A DNA stretch of 54,661 nt from a virus (taxonomy: Duplodnaviria; Caudoviricetes): IMG/VR virus record IMGVR_UViG_3300025030_000021, positions 1 through 54,661 of that record. The stretch is one strand, 5' to 3'. Shown here piece by piece: positions 27,758 to 37,067 of this stretch. Each line of letters opens with the position of its first letter. Position 1 is the stretch's first letter. The position numbers and the translations under genes were made by a program. The notes beneath the pieces were generated by a model. That model made no database searches, had not been told where the DNA came from, and saw only the letters and a list, made by a program, of their open reading frames with translations.

Positions 27758-29920
27758 TTAATTTACGTACTGAATGGTCACGCCACGCGAACCGGCTTGA
27801 TTGAGGGCAGGGACAAGGTTCTCTTCCACCCACCTATCTTCACCGATTACGTTGCCCGCTATCTGGATAGTGACATTGCCCTGCTGCTGCGCGGACGCGC
27901 CGGAGGGTTGGGTGACAACGGGGTTATAGGTGCCGCCTGGAGAGGTTGCGCCACTAGACGCACCTCCCGCCCCGCTGCCGCCTTCGGGATCTGCACCCCA
28001 GATAACGCCAAGCTGAACGGCGCCGGTAGCTGCAACAAATGCGGCCTTAGCTGCCTTCTCGTACCACGAAGAAGATGTTTTATCCGCCCATGCGTCCATC
28101 ACGCCGGTAGCGGTGGAAACAATAGTCTGTGCCGATTTAGCGCCCTGAAATGCCCTGAAAGCCACCTTGTCCCGTTTGCCTATCAGATTGTGAAGCTGAA
28201 GCATCAAATCGCCGGTCTGCCCCGCGCCGTTAGCCACCAATTGAAGTTTTGTGCGCTCCTCGTTCTGCTTGTTCTGTATCCGGCGCTTGGACCAGTTGTC
28301 CTCGATCTGCGTCATCCGAGATTGATAGACTTCAAAGCTATCCGTCTGCATGGCCCACGACTGTTCAAGGTGTTCAGCCTCCATGTCGATAGCAAGTATT
28401 CTCTGTTCGTATCCACCGTCACCATTCTGTGCTGCCAGTGCCGCAGAGAAACTGTCCTGCTGCTGTTTGGCTGCGCGGTCGGATGCGGCGTTGCGTGTCG
28501 CCCATTCACCCTGCATGGATGTGCGGTCAAAACGGTCCTGCTCGGAGGTGGCGTCACGGCTAAAGCGGGGTAATGGCCCTTGGTCGGAATCCCAACTATC
28601 AACATTGGTGCCGAGCAAGCCGAGAGGGTTGCGCCACGCAGAGCTACCCTTAAGCGTGTCAACGTCCGCCATGGCGTCACTGTCGGCCATCTGCTGCCGA
28701 ATATCTGCGATGTCTTGCAACTCTTTGTGGTATGCGGTGAGCGCGTCGGTGCCGACTTCCATCGCGGCGTTGAGGGCTAGTTCAGCTTCGCGGGCGATAC
28801 GGGCGGCTTCGGCGCGACCGTCCGAACCACCACCGGCCCCTGTTTTTGGCGGGATGACTGTATCGGTGCGTCGCTTACCGCTATCCCTGCCTACTTCGGG
28901 GAGGGTGTCACCCATCGACCGATTAACTACCTCAGCGATCACCTCGTCACGGTTCTGGTTGATAACCTTTACAGCTGCGTCATACTCGGCCCTAGCCTTC
29001 TCTGAAAATATACCCTGTGCGTATCCGCTCTTGATCCGTGCGGCCAACTTATCGTAAGTGGCCCCCGCGCTAGCGCCAAGCGTTTCGGTCCAATAAACCA
29101 TATCCTTGAGGCCGGAAACGACCGGGCCTAGGATATCGAGCGTTGCCTTGATTACCGGCTGCAACCCTGTGCCGAAGGCGGCTTTCAATTCAAACGACTG
29201 CTGCGCGGCCTTAGCTTGCGAGCCTGCGAAACTGTCCATCATGCGGGCTGAGTTGCCCACCTGTCCCTCTGTTTCTTTCAGTATCCCGTTGAGCTCGGCG
29301 TGACGTTTCTGCGATTGGGTGAGTTTGTCGGCGGTAGTGCCATGTTGGGCGGCGTACTCTTTCCACATGACGGACACGTTTTTAGTTACGCCCGCGTTGT
29401 CAACGAGTATGGAGTTTTCGTTCTTCAGGCCCTCTGTAGCAGAGACAACCGACTCGCCAAACTGCAAAGAAGCCTGACGTCCGTAAGCGGCGGAATCTTT
29501 AAACCCGTTCATGAGTCGGATTGATTCATCAAGAGAGAAACCGCGACCTAGCAGGTTTTGCAGCGCCTTGGACGATTCGGCAACAGACATTAACCCGTCG
29601 CTTGACAGTGCCTTTGCCGCCTTATTTGCCTCGTCCATTGCAACGCCGGTATATCTTGCGGTTATCGCGAGGCCGGTTACTGCCCTATCCATCTGGTTCG
29701 CAGCGTCAACGGCAGATCGTGCATAGTTGGCGAACGCGATAGCGCCCATGGCCTGAGCAACCGTTGTTACTGCCGATTGGAAACCAGCTACGCCCTTGTC
29801 TAACTGCTTTATCCCACCAAGGAGTGACGTTGAAGCGTCTTCCATATTCCGCATGGATTTGACGCCCGCGCTGGTGTCCGCCGTGACCTTGATGCCTACT
29901 ATTTTAGTTTCATCGGCCAC
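27758..29920 (-). CDS. Tail tape measure protein
   Basis: 720 aa, Ala-rich and helical; GLKNENSILVDNAGVTKN motif; follows the chaperones. Confidence 0.9.
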   Translation of the reverse strand: MADETKIVGIKVTADTSAGVKSMRNMEDASTSLLGGIKQLDKGVAGFQSAVTTVAQAMGAIAFANYARSAVDAANQMDRAVTGLAITARYTGVAMDEANKAAKALSSDGLMSVAESSKALQNLLGRGFSLDESIRLMNGFKDSAAYGRQASLQFGESVVSATEGLKNENSILVDNAGVTKNVSVMWKEYAAQHGTTADKLTQSQKRHAELNGILKETEGQVGNSARMMDSFAGSQAKAAQQSFELKAAFGTGLQPVIKATLDILGPVVSGLKDMVYWTETLGASAGATYDKLAARIKSGYAQGIFSEKARAEYDAAVKVINQNRDEVIAEVVNRSMGDTLPEVGRDSGKRRTDTVIPPKTGAGGGSDGRAEAARIAREAELALNAAMEVGTDALTAYHKELQDIADIRQQMADSDAMADVDTLKGSSAWRNPLGLLGTNVDSWDSDQGPLPRFSRDATSEQDRFDRTSMQGEWATRNAASDRAAKQQQDSFSAALAAQNGDGGYEQRILAIDMEAEHLEQSWAMQTDSFEVYQSRMTQIEDNWSKRRIQNKQNEERTKLQLVANGAGQTGDLMLQLHNLIGKRDKVAFRAFQGAKSAQTIVSTATGVMDAWADKTSSSWYEKAAKAAFVAATGAVQLGVIWGADPEGGSGAGGASSGATSPGGTYNPVVTQPSGASAQQQGNVTIQIAGNVIGEDRWVEENLVPALNQAGSRGVTIQYVN

Positions 29921-29929
29921 ATTGACTCC

Positions 29930-30340
29930 TTACTTGCGCTTGTCCATCTCTTCGCGGCGGTGTCTTGCCCGCTCCTGCCGCACTATCCTTACCGCTTCGA
30001 TGAACCATGGCGGCTGGTCAAAGTACGTCCCTTCGAATGGCATGTGGAGGATTTCGCAATTCTCCGGCCCGCATAAATCGTTGACCATGCGGAGTATCTG
30101 CCACGTTGAGCGAGTGATGCATCCGATAGGGCAGGACATGAACTTGGTATCGGCAATCTTTAAAACATGCAGCGACTTGCGCGAGATAGACCGCCACTCA
30201 ACCGCGCCCTCAAGGATTTCATGCCGCACCCCTCGCCGGTTGTGACAGTTGCGGTTTTTCCTCTGCAACTCAGTGCAGCCTTTGCACTCCCATTCGTCCG
30301 AATGCGCTAGACTAAACCGGACTCCGGCACGAAGTTTTTT
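29930..30340 (-). CDS. Tail assembly chaperone GT-like extension (-1 frameshift product)
   Basis: The -1 frame is open from slippery A AAA AAC (30340..30334) into ORF 29930..30268; G.Y.DQP.WF.EA motif. Confidence 0.8.
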   Translation of the reverse strand, partial: KKLRAGVRFSLAHSDEWECKGCTELQRKNRNCHNRRGVRHEILEGAVEWRSISRKSLHVLKIADTKFMSCPIGCITRSTWQILRMVNDLCGPENCEILHMPFEGTYFDQPPWFIEAVRIVRQERARHRREEMDKRK

Positions 30341-30726
30341 CTCTCTGCGAGCGATAGCTCAGTGGTGGACATGACGGAACGGATGCACCAGTTGACCAAC
30401 TCGGGGGGCGCTTCCTTGTAGAAGGTCTTGAAGTCCATCCCGCCGTCCGCGTCCAGTTCCACGCCGTCAATCTCAAGCCCTTTGATGTGCGCGAACTTGG
30501 AGCCGACGAACTCTATCGACTTGTCACGCTGCAACTCTTCCGCTTTGTCAACCGCGTAATCAGCCTGGATGCGGGACAGTTCGCGGCGGTAGTCGTCCTG
30601 CTCCGGCAAAGTTGCCACCTTTAGCCCGATAACGATCTGGTCTTTACGCTCGTCGCCCGCAAGCATCCTGTTGTTGAGGTATGGCGGCAAAGTGTCGTAA
30701 ACGTGGTTTTTGTTCTGTACCTTCAT
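30307..30726 (-). CDS. Tail assembly chaperone G-like
   Basis: Lies between the tail tube and tape measure genes; ends ERKNF at the slippery site. Confidence 0.8.
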   Translation of the reverse strand: MKVQNKNHVYDTLPPYLNNRMLAGDERKDQIVIGLKVATLPEQDDYRRELSRIQADYAVDKAEELQRDKSIEFVGSKFAHIKGLEIDGVELDADGGMDFKTFYKEAPPELVNWCIRSVMSTTELSLAERKNFVPESGLV

Positions 30727-30775
30727 GGATTCCCTTTCTTGGGTAGAGTTAGGGGGCGGTTAGGCCCCCATTGAG

Positions 30776-31870
30776 TTAGTATGCGGTTGCTTTGTCGGTG
30801 GTGGTCATCGCCATCGGGTAGCCTGTGGTGGCATCAACGAGGGACGCATAGGACAGCTTCATGCTCGGCGTCTTCCCCTCCGTCCCGCGCTCCGGCGCTG
30901 TGAGATTGGCGAGCATGTAAGGGAGGTCGATAACTGCGGCATAGTTAGCCGTGGCCGTCCCTGCCAACTGCGCGTTGTCCAGAACTACGATGATGTTGTT
31001 GGTAGCGGCACCGCTGAAAATGCGCTTAAACTCATCGGCGCTGGAAAACTCCCCTGCGGTCGGGTCGGTGTAATCGATGGTGCCGTCAACGGAGGCGGTG
31101 AACTGCTTGCTGCGGTAGCTCTTGGAGGCCCCCTTGATACCGTTGATAACAACCTTGTCCTCGATGCCAGAGGTGAACTTGATGGTGAGGTCATCGGGCC
31201 GGAACGGGAGCGCAGTGCCTGCGCCGAGGGCAGTGTAATCGGGCGCGGTGCCAGTTCTGACCGGAGTGCCGCCGATGTAGAAGAGTGCATCCGATGTGCA
31301 GAAGGGGGTTGCTACCGGCCACGATACGCCAGCGATTGCCGTCTGGTCGGGTGCGCCTACCCATGAGCCAGCGCCTGCAATCTCGAACGAAAGTTTGATG
31401 TCATCCAGTCCCTTGAGCGCGATGGATACCGACTTGATTCGCCCGCCGCCGTATATCTGCGACTTGGTAACGCCTTCCTCGTCCGTGTTGATAGCGAACG
31501 CTAGCGCCTTATCGAGAAGCGGGGCCGATGTGCCGTAAGGGGTAGCGACAGGGTAGAGAATGCCCTTGTAGGCGGTCGTGTCGGTGACTGCGCGGGTGCC
31601 AGCCTTACCGAGCGCGTGCTTAAGCAGCATCCCCACTTCAGCGCCGGGATACCATGAGCACTCAAGCGTCCACGTCCAGTTGGATTCGCGGCGAACAACA
31701 GAGCTATCACCGAGCGCGGTATCTGCACCTTTGAACTCTTTGCGTGGCTCGTCTTTGGCGGCGAATGTCGGCTGGAGCTTGCCGGTGATCGGTAGGAACT
31801 TCCAAGAGGGGGAGCCGGGCAGCGTGCCGCGAGTGGTTTCTTCGCAAAATGCGACATATTGATTAGCCAT
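30776..31870 (-). CDS. Major tail tube protein
   Basis: E.T.GT.P N-terminus, size and position. Confidence 0.8.
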   Translation of the reverse strand: MANQYVAFCEETTRGTLPGSPSWKFLPITGKLQPTFAAKDEPRKEFKGADTALGDSSVVRRESNWTWTLECSWYPGAEVGMLLKHALGKAGTRAVTDTTAYKGILYPVATPYGTSAPLLDKALAFAINTDEEGVTKSQIYGGGRIKSVSIALKGLDDIKLSFEIAGAGSWVGAPDQTAIAGVSWPVATPFCTSDALFYIGGTPVRTGTAPDYTALGAGTALPFRPDDLTIKFTSGIEDKVVINGIKGASKSYRSKQFTASVDGTIDYTDPTAGEFSSADEFKRIFSGAATNNIIVVLDNAQLAGTATANYAAVIDLPYMLANLTAPERGTEGKTPSMKLSYASLVDATTGYPMAMTTTDKATAY

Positions 31871-31922
31871 TCTTTATATCTCCTTTCACAACTGCCTCGC
31901 GGCGTTGTAAGTGCGCCTATCC

Positions 31923-32087
31923 TTACTTGCTGTCTGCCGCAGCGGAAATGGCTTTTCCGGTTGCCGCCTTCGCGTGTCCGTACTGGATGAACGCGGCCCC
32001 GTCAGCATCGCTAACGTCAACCTCTTCGCCCGCTGCGACGGTGCGCCCGCCTAATAGTTCTCTTGCCTCGGTAAATATGACTTTCAT
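31923..32087 (-). CDS. Small virion-associated protein (54 aa, MKVIFTEARE...; not in ORF track)
   Basis: GEEVDV.D..G..FI..G.A pattern; GAGGTG RBS; abuts the upstream stop. Confidence 0.6.
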   Translation of the reverse strand: MKVIFTEARELLGGRTVAAGEEVDVSDADGAAFIQYGHAKAATGKAISAAADSK

Positions 32088-32498
32088 TTAAAGCACCTCA
32101 TCGCGTTGGAATGGGATAGTGACGTTAATCTGATACCTGCCCGCGTCAACTGCGCCGACAGTGATAATCTTCGGGGTGAGCGCCCAGACGCCAGAGAAGC
32201 GAGCGTTGCGGAATATGGCGGCTGCGGTATCTGCGAGAGCTAGCGCGGCGTTATCCCCCGTACCGTCAAGCGCGTAAATCTGTGCGACGATCAAGCCGTA
32301 GCTGCGGTATTGGTTGCGCCCGTCTGGGTCGCCAATGGTGCGCTGGTTCGATTCGGCGTCAACGATGTAAAAGCGCACGTAGTGCAACGCAACAGGGGGA
32401 GTAAATGCCACGTTGGGCCATGCTACCGGCGCGGCGGTGGCGTTCCATGCTGCGGCAAACCTCGCCCTAATCGCTGCGTGCTGAGTGCTAAATCCCAT
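32088..32498 (-). CDS. Tail terminator-like protein
   Basis: VAWPNVAF.PP...G....Q.Y...GTG...QINVTIPF pattern; position. Confidence 0.75.
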   Translation of the reverse strand: MGFSTQHAAIRARFAAAWNATAAPVAWPNVAFTPPVALHYVRFYIVDAESNQRTIGDPDGRNQYRSYGLIVAQIYALDGTGDNAALALADTAAAIFRNARFSGVWALTPKIITVGAVDAGRYQINVTIPFQRDEVL

Positions 32499-32898
32499 AG
32501 TGGCTCTTTATCTCCATCACCGTTGATTCGACCATGTGAGCGCCCTGCTTGCTATGCCCTTCGTTAAGGGCGAGGATATAACTCAGTCCGTTCGAAATGT
32601 AGATTGCCTTGCCCGATTGCGCCCCATTGATCGCAGTAGACGCTTGTGCTATCTGCGCCCCTGGTGCGGAGCCTATCGGCTGCTTGTCGGTGCTTTCGCT
32701 GATAACGGCATACGGTGCGCCCACTCGGACGCCCCAATTTGCCCGCGCCCTGCCGGTATCCACTGGCGTCTTCATGACCATGCCGGTGAACGCTTGAAAT
32801 GCTATCTTTTTGACGACCACCGCGTGATGGTTAGGAATGATGACCTTGAAGATATCCCCGAAGTCGAACGCCACCTTGTCCAAACCCTCGACGCCCAT
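32488..32898 (-). CDS. HK97 gp10-like tail completion protein
   Basis: TPVDTGRARANW...YISN...Y...LNEGHSKQ. Confidence 0.85.
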   Translation of the reverse strand: MGVEGLDKVAFDFGDIFKVIIPNHHAVVVKKIAFQAFTGMVMKTPVDTGRARANWGVRVGAPYAVISESTDKQPIGSAPGAQIAQASTAINGAQSGKAIYISNGLSYILALNEGHSKQGAHMVESTVMEIKSHYGI

Positions 32899-33252
32899 CT
32901 ACTTCCTCACTTGGCACGTACTCAGCAGCGCCTCGCCCTGCGGCGATAGCGTATCCACCGCGATTACCTGCCACACCGCGCCCATGATAGTGAGCGTGTC
33001 GCCGGGGGTAGGTTCGATAACATCGGCGGAGATAACCGCCTTCTTGTCGCCAGAGATAATGGTGGTCCCTGGCGCGTTGATGATGCCGTCCCTGTAGCTC
33101 TTGGTGATTCCGTAAACCGTCCACGTCTGCGTAACTCCGCCAGAAGCGACGCCCGTAATGGGGTCATACGCACCCGAACTCACGCGGGTCAATACCATTG
33201 CCTGCCCCGATTTACGGAGGTCGGCGGCTATGTTGGCGGCTTCGGTCATCAT
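32899..33252 (-). CDS. Head closure / head-tail connector
   Basis: G.YDP.TG...I..GD...P.PGD; ATGA-coupled start. Confidence 0.75.
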   Translation of the reverse strand: MMTEAANIAADLRKSGQAMVLTRVSSGAYDPITGVASGGVTQTWTVYGITKSYRDGIINAPGTTIISGDKKAVISADVIEPTPGDTLTIMGAVWQVIAVDTLSPQGEALLSTCQVRK

Positions 33253-33512
33253 TTCCCACCCGTCAGCAGTGTGGCCCAAAAACCCTTAGTGAATATGGCG
33301 ATGAGCCCGAGAAAGATAGCGGTCAAGAGCAGCTTGCCAATGACGCCGGACGCTGTGTTGAACGCGCTAAGGAATCGTTTCAACATTGACACTTCGTCAG
33401 GTGTTAACCCTACGTTGCACGCCGATTGCACATGAAGTGCTGCGGCGATTGCTGCTATATCCGCGTCAGTTAGCGTCCGCTGACGGGCTATGCGCTCAAT
33501 TGGCTGCGTCAT
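33249..33512 (-). CDS. Small membrane protein (holin candidate)
   Basis: C-terminal TM segment VIGKLLLTAIFLGLIAIF. Confidence 0.55.
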   Translation of the reverse strand: MTQPIERIARQRTLTDADIAAIAAALHVQSACNVGLTPDEVSMLKRFLSAFNTASGVIGKLLLTAIFLGLIAIFTKGFWATLLTGGK

Positions 33513-33513
33513 G

Positions 33514-34032
33514 TTATCCCCTTATGGCATCCGAGGATGATTTCAAAAACCGACCGATGAGTTGATCGACGACCGGGTAGGAGGCTTGATAATTGCCGAC
33601 AACGTATTCCCATTCCAAGACATCAATTTTCTTGCGCTTGAGGCGGTCCGTGGCGGCAATATCTGCGGCAAGCGGGGCGGTGAGTGCGCGGAGGGCGAGC
33701 TCGCAGGTTGCGTCACTGATCTCTTGCGGGATCTGGTCAGATGGGTAATTGCTGTAATAGTTGCCAGCGCGAAGACCGCCTGCCAAACCCGTATTGAGGT
33801 TGATGCCGTAGCGCGGGAACTCTAGGGACTGGACCACGGAGTTGACGCGCGTTCCCTTGAACCTGTCGCGGTACTTGCCATCCAGGTATCGAGTGGCGAG
33901 GACAAGGGCGCGCTCGTATTCGGGGTCGGTGGCAGCGGGTAAAGCGATAGTGCCGACATACGCCTTGAAATTAGCAAGCGTCTCGTATGAGTTGGCACCT
34001 GCAACGCCCTGCCCCACCTCTACCGTTAGCAT
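33514..34032 (-). CDS. Head-tail adaptor (DnaT-like family)
   Basis: G.G..GANSY...E.ALV.AT.YLD...Q.L.FPR...IP.....A.CELA. Confidence 0.85.
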   Translation of the reverse strand: MLTVEVGQGVAGANSYETLANFKAYVGTIALPAATDPEYERALVLATRYLDGKYRDRFKGTRVNSVVQSLEFPRYGINLNTGLAGGLRAGNYYSNYPSDQIPQEISDATCELALRALTAPLAADIAATDRLKRKKIDVLEWEYVVGNYQASYPVVDQLIGRFLKSSSDAIRG

Positions 34033-34169
34033 CTCTTACATGCCTCCATGGAGGGGGTTTCGGTGCAGCACTTGCCGCCGTTCTTCATCATATCTTCGCA
34101 ACATTTGACGGCCTTCTTCATCTCTGCGGTAGCGTTGCCGCCATTGGGTGCTTTCGGTTTCATTTCCAT
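34026..34169 (-). CDS. Cys/Met/Lys-rich 47-aa mini-protein (not in ORF track)
   Basis: MEMKPKAPNGGNATAEMKKAVKCCEDMMKNGGKCCTETPSMEACKRC; AAGGAG RBS; coupled at both ends. Confidence 0.6.
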   Translation of the reverse strand: MEMKPKAPNGGNATAEMKKAVKCCEDMMKNGGKCCTETPSMEACKRC

Positions 34170-34312
34170 TAATTGCTCCTTGGCCGCTTCTTCGAAGTGT
34201 TATCGGTGGCTGCACCCTCAACGAATACTTCCATCGTGGCAGCGTCGAAATCGGCGTCTTCGATGATGATGAAATCGCCTTGAGTTTCTTTGTGGCTAGA
34301 CTTTATCCGCAT
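34169..34312 (-). CDS. Small post-capsid protein (47 aa, MRIKSSHKETQGDFIII...; not in ORF track)
   Basis: AAAGGTG RBS; GDF.II...DFD pattern. Confidence 0.65.
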   Translation of the reverse strand: MRIKSSHKETQGDFIIIEDADFDAATMEVFVEGAATDNTSKKRPRSN

Positions 34313-34364
34313 ATGTCACCTTTCAGAATGAGGGGGAGAGCCGAAACCCTCCCCCTTGTAGTCA

Positions 34365-35516
34365 CTAGCCGAGCAACAGTGCGCAATGCTCCGGCTTGAT
34401 CATCTTGACCCCCCAGCACGCGCTGATCTCGTACTGCATCTGGCGATACTGAGGATACAGGGCAATTTCGAAGGACAGCCCCGAGCGCGGATCGGTGATG
34501 GATACGCGGTCAACGGCAAGGTCACCTTCAGCGGGCAGTGCGGGCATGCGGGTAGCCAGCACGATAGCGCAGCGGTCAAACGCCATGGAGCGGGCGGCGG
34601 CGGCGACTACGGTAAGCGCCACAGCAGAGGCCGGAAGCGCCTGACGAAGGCCGGGAGCGGCAAGGGTGATTACCCCGCCCGAAACAGCGCCGACGCCGGT
34701 CTTGACAACGTACTTGTTGGCGTCGTTGGCGAAAGTGATTACGTCGCCGGCCACGATGGTGCCCGTGCCGACAGCCGCGAGGGTGATAGCGGTCGCTCCG
34801 ATTGCATAGCCTGCCGTGTTGGTGGTGGCAGATGCGCCAGTACCGGCAACGGAGGTTTTCACCTGGCCCGATTCGCGCAGTTTGAAACCGTGGATGTCGA
34901 GGAGGGTGCCCTGCTCACGAAGAGACATGGTTCCGGCCTCGTTCGCCTTGGTCAGGATGCCCAGCGAGCGGGCTTTTGCACCGGCTGCGGTGTCGATAAC
35001 CAGCGACATGTCGGACATGTGGCATCCGTTGTCGGCAAGAATCTTGCGAGCCTGGGCGGTGTCGGAAAGGTCGGAGGCAAACGGAGTGGTGCCAGCGGTG
35101 CCGTAGGCGCGGGAAGCTGCTACGTGCAGCGCGGCGATGTCGGCTTCCATCTCGTTAGTCAGTGCGCGGATTGCCTGGGCAAGCTGGCTCTGTTTGACGT
35201 TGAGCTGTCCAGGGCCGTTGTTATTCAGCGCAAGGGTCTGCTCACCATTCCAGCGCAGAGGCACCCTGCGGGCTTTGGTAATCTGGAGCTGGACAGAGCC
35301 AATGGTCTGGTCACCGTCATTCGGAGGGGTGACGCCGGGGGTGATGTCGGACGCGGTGGATTCGGGTGCTACGAAGCTGGTCACGTTCTGGCCGACAGCA
35401 GCGCGGGAGACATCAGCGTCGAGGGTGACGGAGGGGATGAAACCTACCTGCTCGCGGGAAACAACGTCCAGCGATACGTAGAGGTCAGCGATAAGATTCG
35501 TGATCGTATTACTCAT
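34365..35516 (-). CDS. Major capsid protein (P22 coat-like HK97 fold with inserted beta domain)
   Basis: Follows the scaffold; LDVVSRE.VGFIP, TDP.SGL.F and WGVK..KPE motifs; AAGGAG RBS. Confidence 0.9.
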   Translation of the reverse strand: MSNTITNLIADLYVSLDVVSREQVGFIPSVTLDADVSRAAVGQNVTSFVAPESTASDITPGVTPPNDGDQTIGSVQLQITKARRVPLRWNGEQTLALNNNGPGQLNVKQSQLAQAIRALTNEMEADIAALHVAASRAYGTAGTTPFASDLSDTAQARKILADNGCHMSDMSLVIDTAAGAKARSLGILTKANEAGTMSLREQGTLLDIHGFKLRESGQVKTSVAGTGASATTNTAGYAIGATAITLAAVGTGTIVAGDVITFANDANKYVVKTGVGAVSGGVITLAAPGLRQALPASAVALTVVAAAARSMAFDRCAIVLATRMPALPAEGDLAVDRVSITDPRSGLSFEIALYPQYRQMQYEISACWGVKMIKPEHCALLLG

Positions 35517-35560
35517 TTGTGATACTCCTTACGGTCCTGTCTCTCGACGGTCCCTGTTAG

Positions 35561-36346
35561 TTAATCGGTAATTGTCACACGGGCAATCGACAATGCCGAC
35601 TGTTCCGCAGGGGATTTTGCTGTGAACTCTGCGCGGGTGATGGTCTTGGCATCCGCCGTCTTGGTCGTGGTGCTCTGCTGCGCCCCGCTGCCGCCGCCTG
35701 TAGCCAGCTTGTAATGGTCGCGCTTGGGGTGAGCGTCAACGAGCGTTGCAAATGCCGTCTCGAAGTCGGCAGGCGCTCCGTATGCGTCGAGGATCTGCCT
35801 GCCGTCATCGTAGCGGCCAACCTTCTGCCCGTTTTCGATGGTGAAATTCTTGCCCCACTTCAACTCGGCGTCCTCTGGGGTATCCTTCCAGATGGTCGAT
35901 TTGATGTATTCCGACATGGCGAACCCTTTGCCGATCTGCTCCTTGTAGAGCTGCCCGTCGCGCTCGGCTATCACCTTGTCACGCTCGGCCAACTGGTCAA
36001 CGAACGGCTTTACGGACGCCTGGACGAGCTTCTGAATGCCGTCATCGTCCATGACCTTCTTGCCCTCCATCGAAGCCATGAACTGAATACCCTTCAGTGC
36101 TTCGGCGGGGTCTTCGATACCTGCGAACGCTGCCAACTTTTCGGCGGCTTCCTTGAGCGAGTGGCGGGAGTCACTGTCCAGCTTGTTGAGCCTAGCGATG
36201 TTCAGCCGGTTAGCCTCTGCATCAACTGCGCTCTCCTTGCCGTCAGTGTCGTTGACATACAGGGGATTTCCGCCCGACAGTACGCCATACTCCACTTCTT
36301 CCCCGTCTTCGCCCTTGATCACTACCGTCTTCAGTTTCAGCGCCAT
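35561..36346 (-). CDS. Capsid scaffolding protein
   Basis: Coiled coil, GGGSGA linker and C-terminal TITRAEF capsid-binding helix. Confidence 0.85.
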   Translation of the reverse strand: MALKLKTVVIKGEDGEEVEYGVLSGGNPLYVNDTDGKESAVDAEANRLNIARLNKLDSDSRHSLKEAAEKLAAFAGIEDPAEALKGIQFMASMEGKKVMDDDGIQKLVQASVKPFVDQLAERDKVIAERDGQLYKEQIGKGFAMSEYIKSTIWKDTPEDAELKWGKNFTIENGQKVGRYDDGRQILDAYGAPADFETAFATLVDAHPKRDHYKLATGGGSGAQQSTTTKTADAKTITRAEFTAKSPAEQSALSIARVTITD

Positions 36347-36529
36347 TTGTCGTGCTCCTTACTTGGCATCTCGCCAGTGTGAAATGATGTTGCGAGGGCT
36401 TCAAGCCCGTGGTACGGGGGGGAGCGTCGCGCTCCGTGGGACAGTGTTATTTCTAATAAGACTAAAGAGGTCTTGTTTGTCTTAAGACCAAAGGGATAAT
36501 ATTTGTCTTGTTGCGCGATGCCTTTTTCA

Positions 36530-36895
36530 TCTTTCCCCCTTCCTAAGCATGGAGCCTGATAAGCAAGACTTTCAGCTAGGTCGCACTCAATCAGTGCTGG
36601 AGTACTCGATGCTTTCCCTCTTGGGCGGTCGATGCCCGAAGTTTCAGAGGTACTATTTCCCCTGTCAGCTTTCTTTGCCCCGCTGACCGCGATAATGGGG
36701 ATTGAATCCGCTATCGCGCTTCCAGAGCCACCTATTTAAAGGCCGGAAGGTCGGGTCGGAAGATGAACCGTTGCCCGTTTAGTTTTGCGTCCACAAGGCC
36801 GGGACACTCGGCGGAAGTTTTACCAGCGTGCCTGTATAGCTGGCGTCACCTCCCCGCTACAACGCCGCAGGAGTCGGGCACTTACTTTTTTACGC
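36530..36895 (-). ncRNA. Putative long structured RNA / leader upstream of the scaffold-capsid-tail operon
   Basis: Follows a strong promoter; no credible ORF; many nested hairpins. Confidence 0.55.
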
Positions 36896-36899
36896 GCCC

Positions 36900-36949
36900 A
36901 CATTATCACAACTTCTTATCTTTGTCAAGTGCATAATTACTTAGTCATG
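36900..36949 (-). promoter_or_regulatory. Sigma70 promoter with two operator copies
   Basis: TTGACA-N17-TAATGT with TGn; operators at 36915..36929 and 36935..36949. Confidence 0.7.
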
Positions 36950-36999
36950 ATTATGACGGAACGGAGTAAACATTAATCCTGGCACAGTGAACTATTGTG

Positions 37000-37028
37000 T
37001 TGACTTTAGCGCCCATACGTGGCAATAT
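37000..37028 (+). promoter_or_regulatory. Divergent sigma70 promoter of the plus-strand island
   Basis: TTGACT-N17-CAATAT. Confidence 0.55.
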
Positions 37029-37067
37029 GTACACATGCAGCACAAAACGGCTAATAAGGGGTGATAC

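Noticed and set aside
34386-35522. Long plus-strand ORFs antisense to the capsid, tape measure and terminase genes
   Set aside because: Shadow frames of GC-rich, codon-biased genes with no RBS or recognisable motifs
36565-36600. Hammerhead-like CUGAUUGAG...GAAA in the long leader
   Set aside because: The core has an extra nucleotide, stem II does not form, and the bases are better explained by the GCACU/AGUGC hairpin
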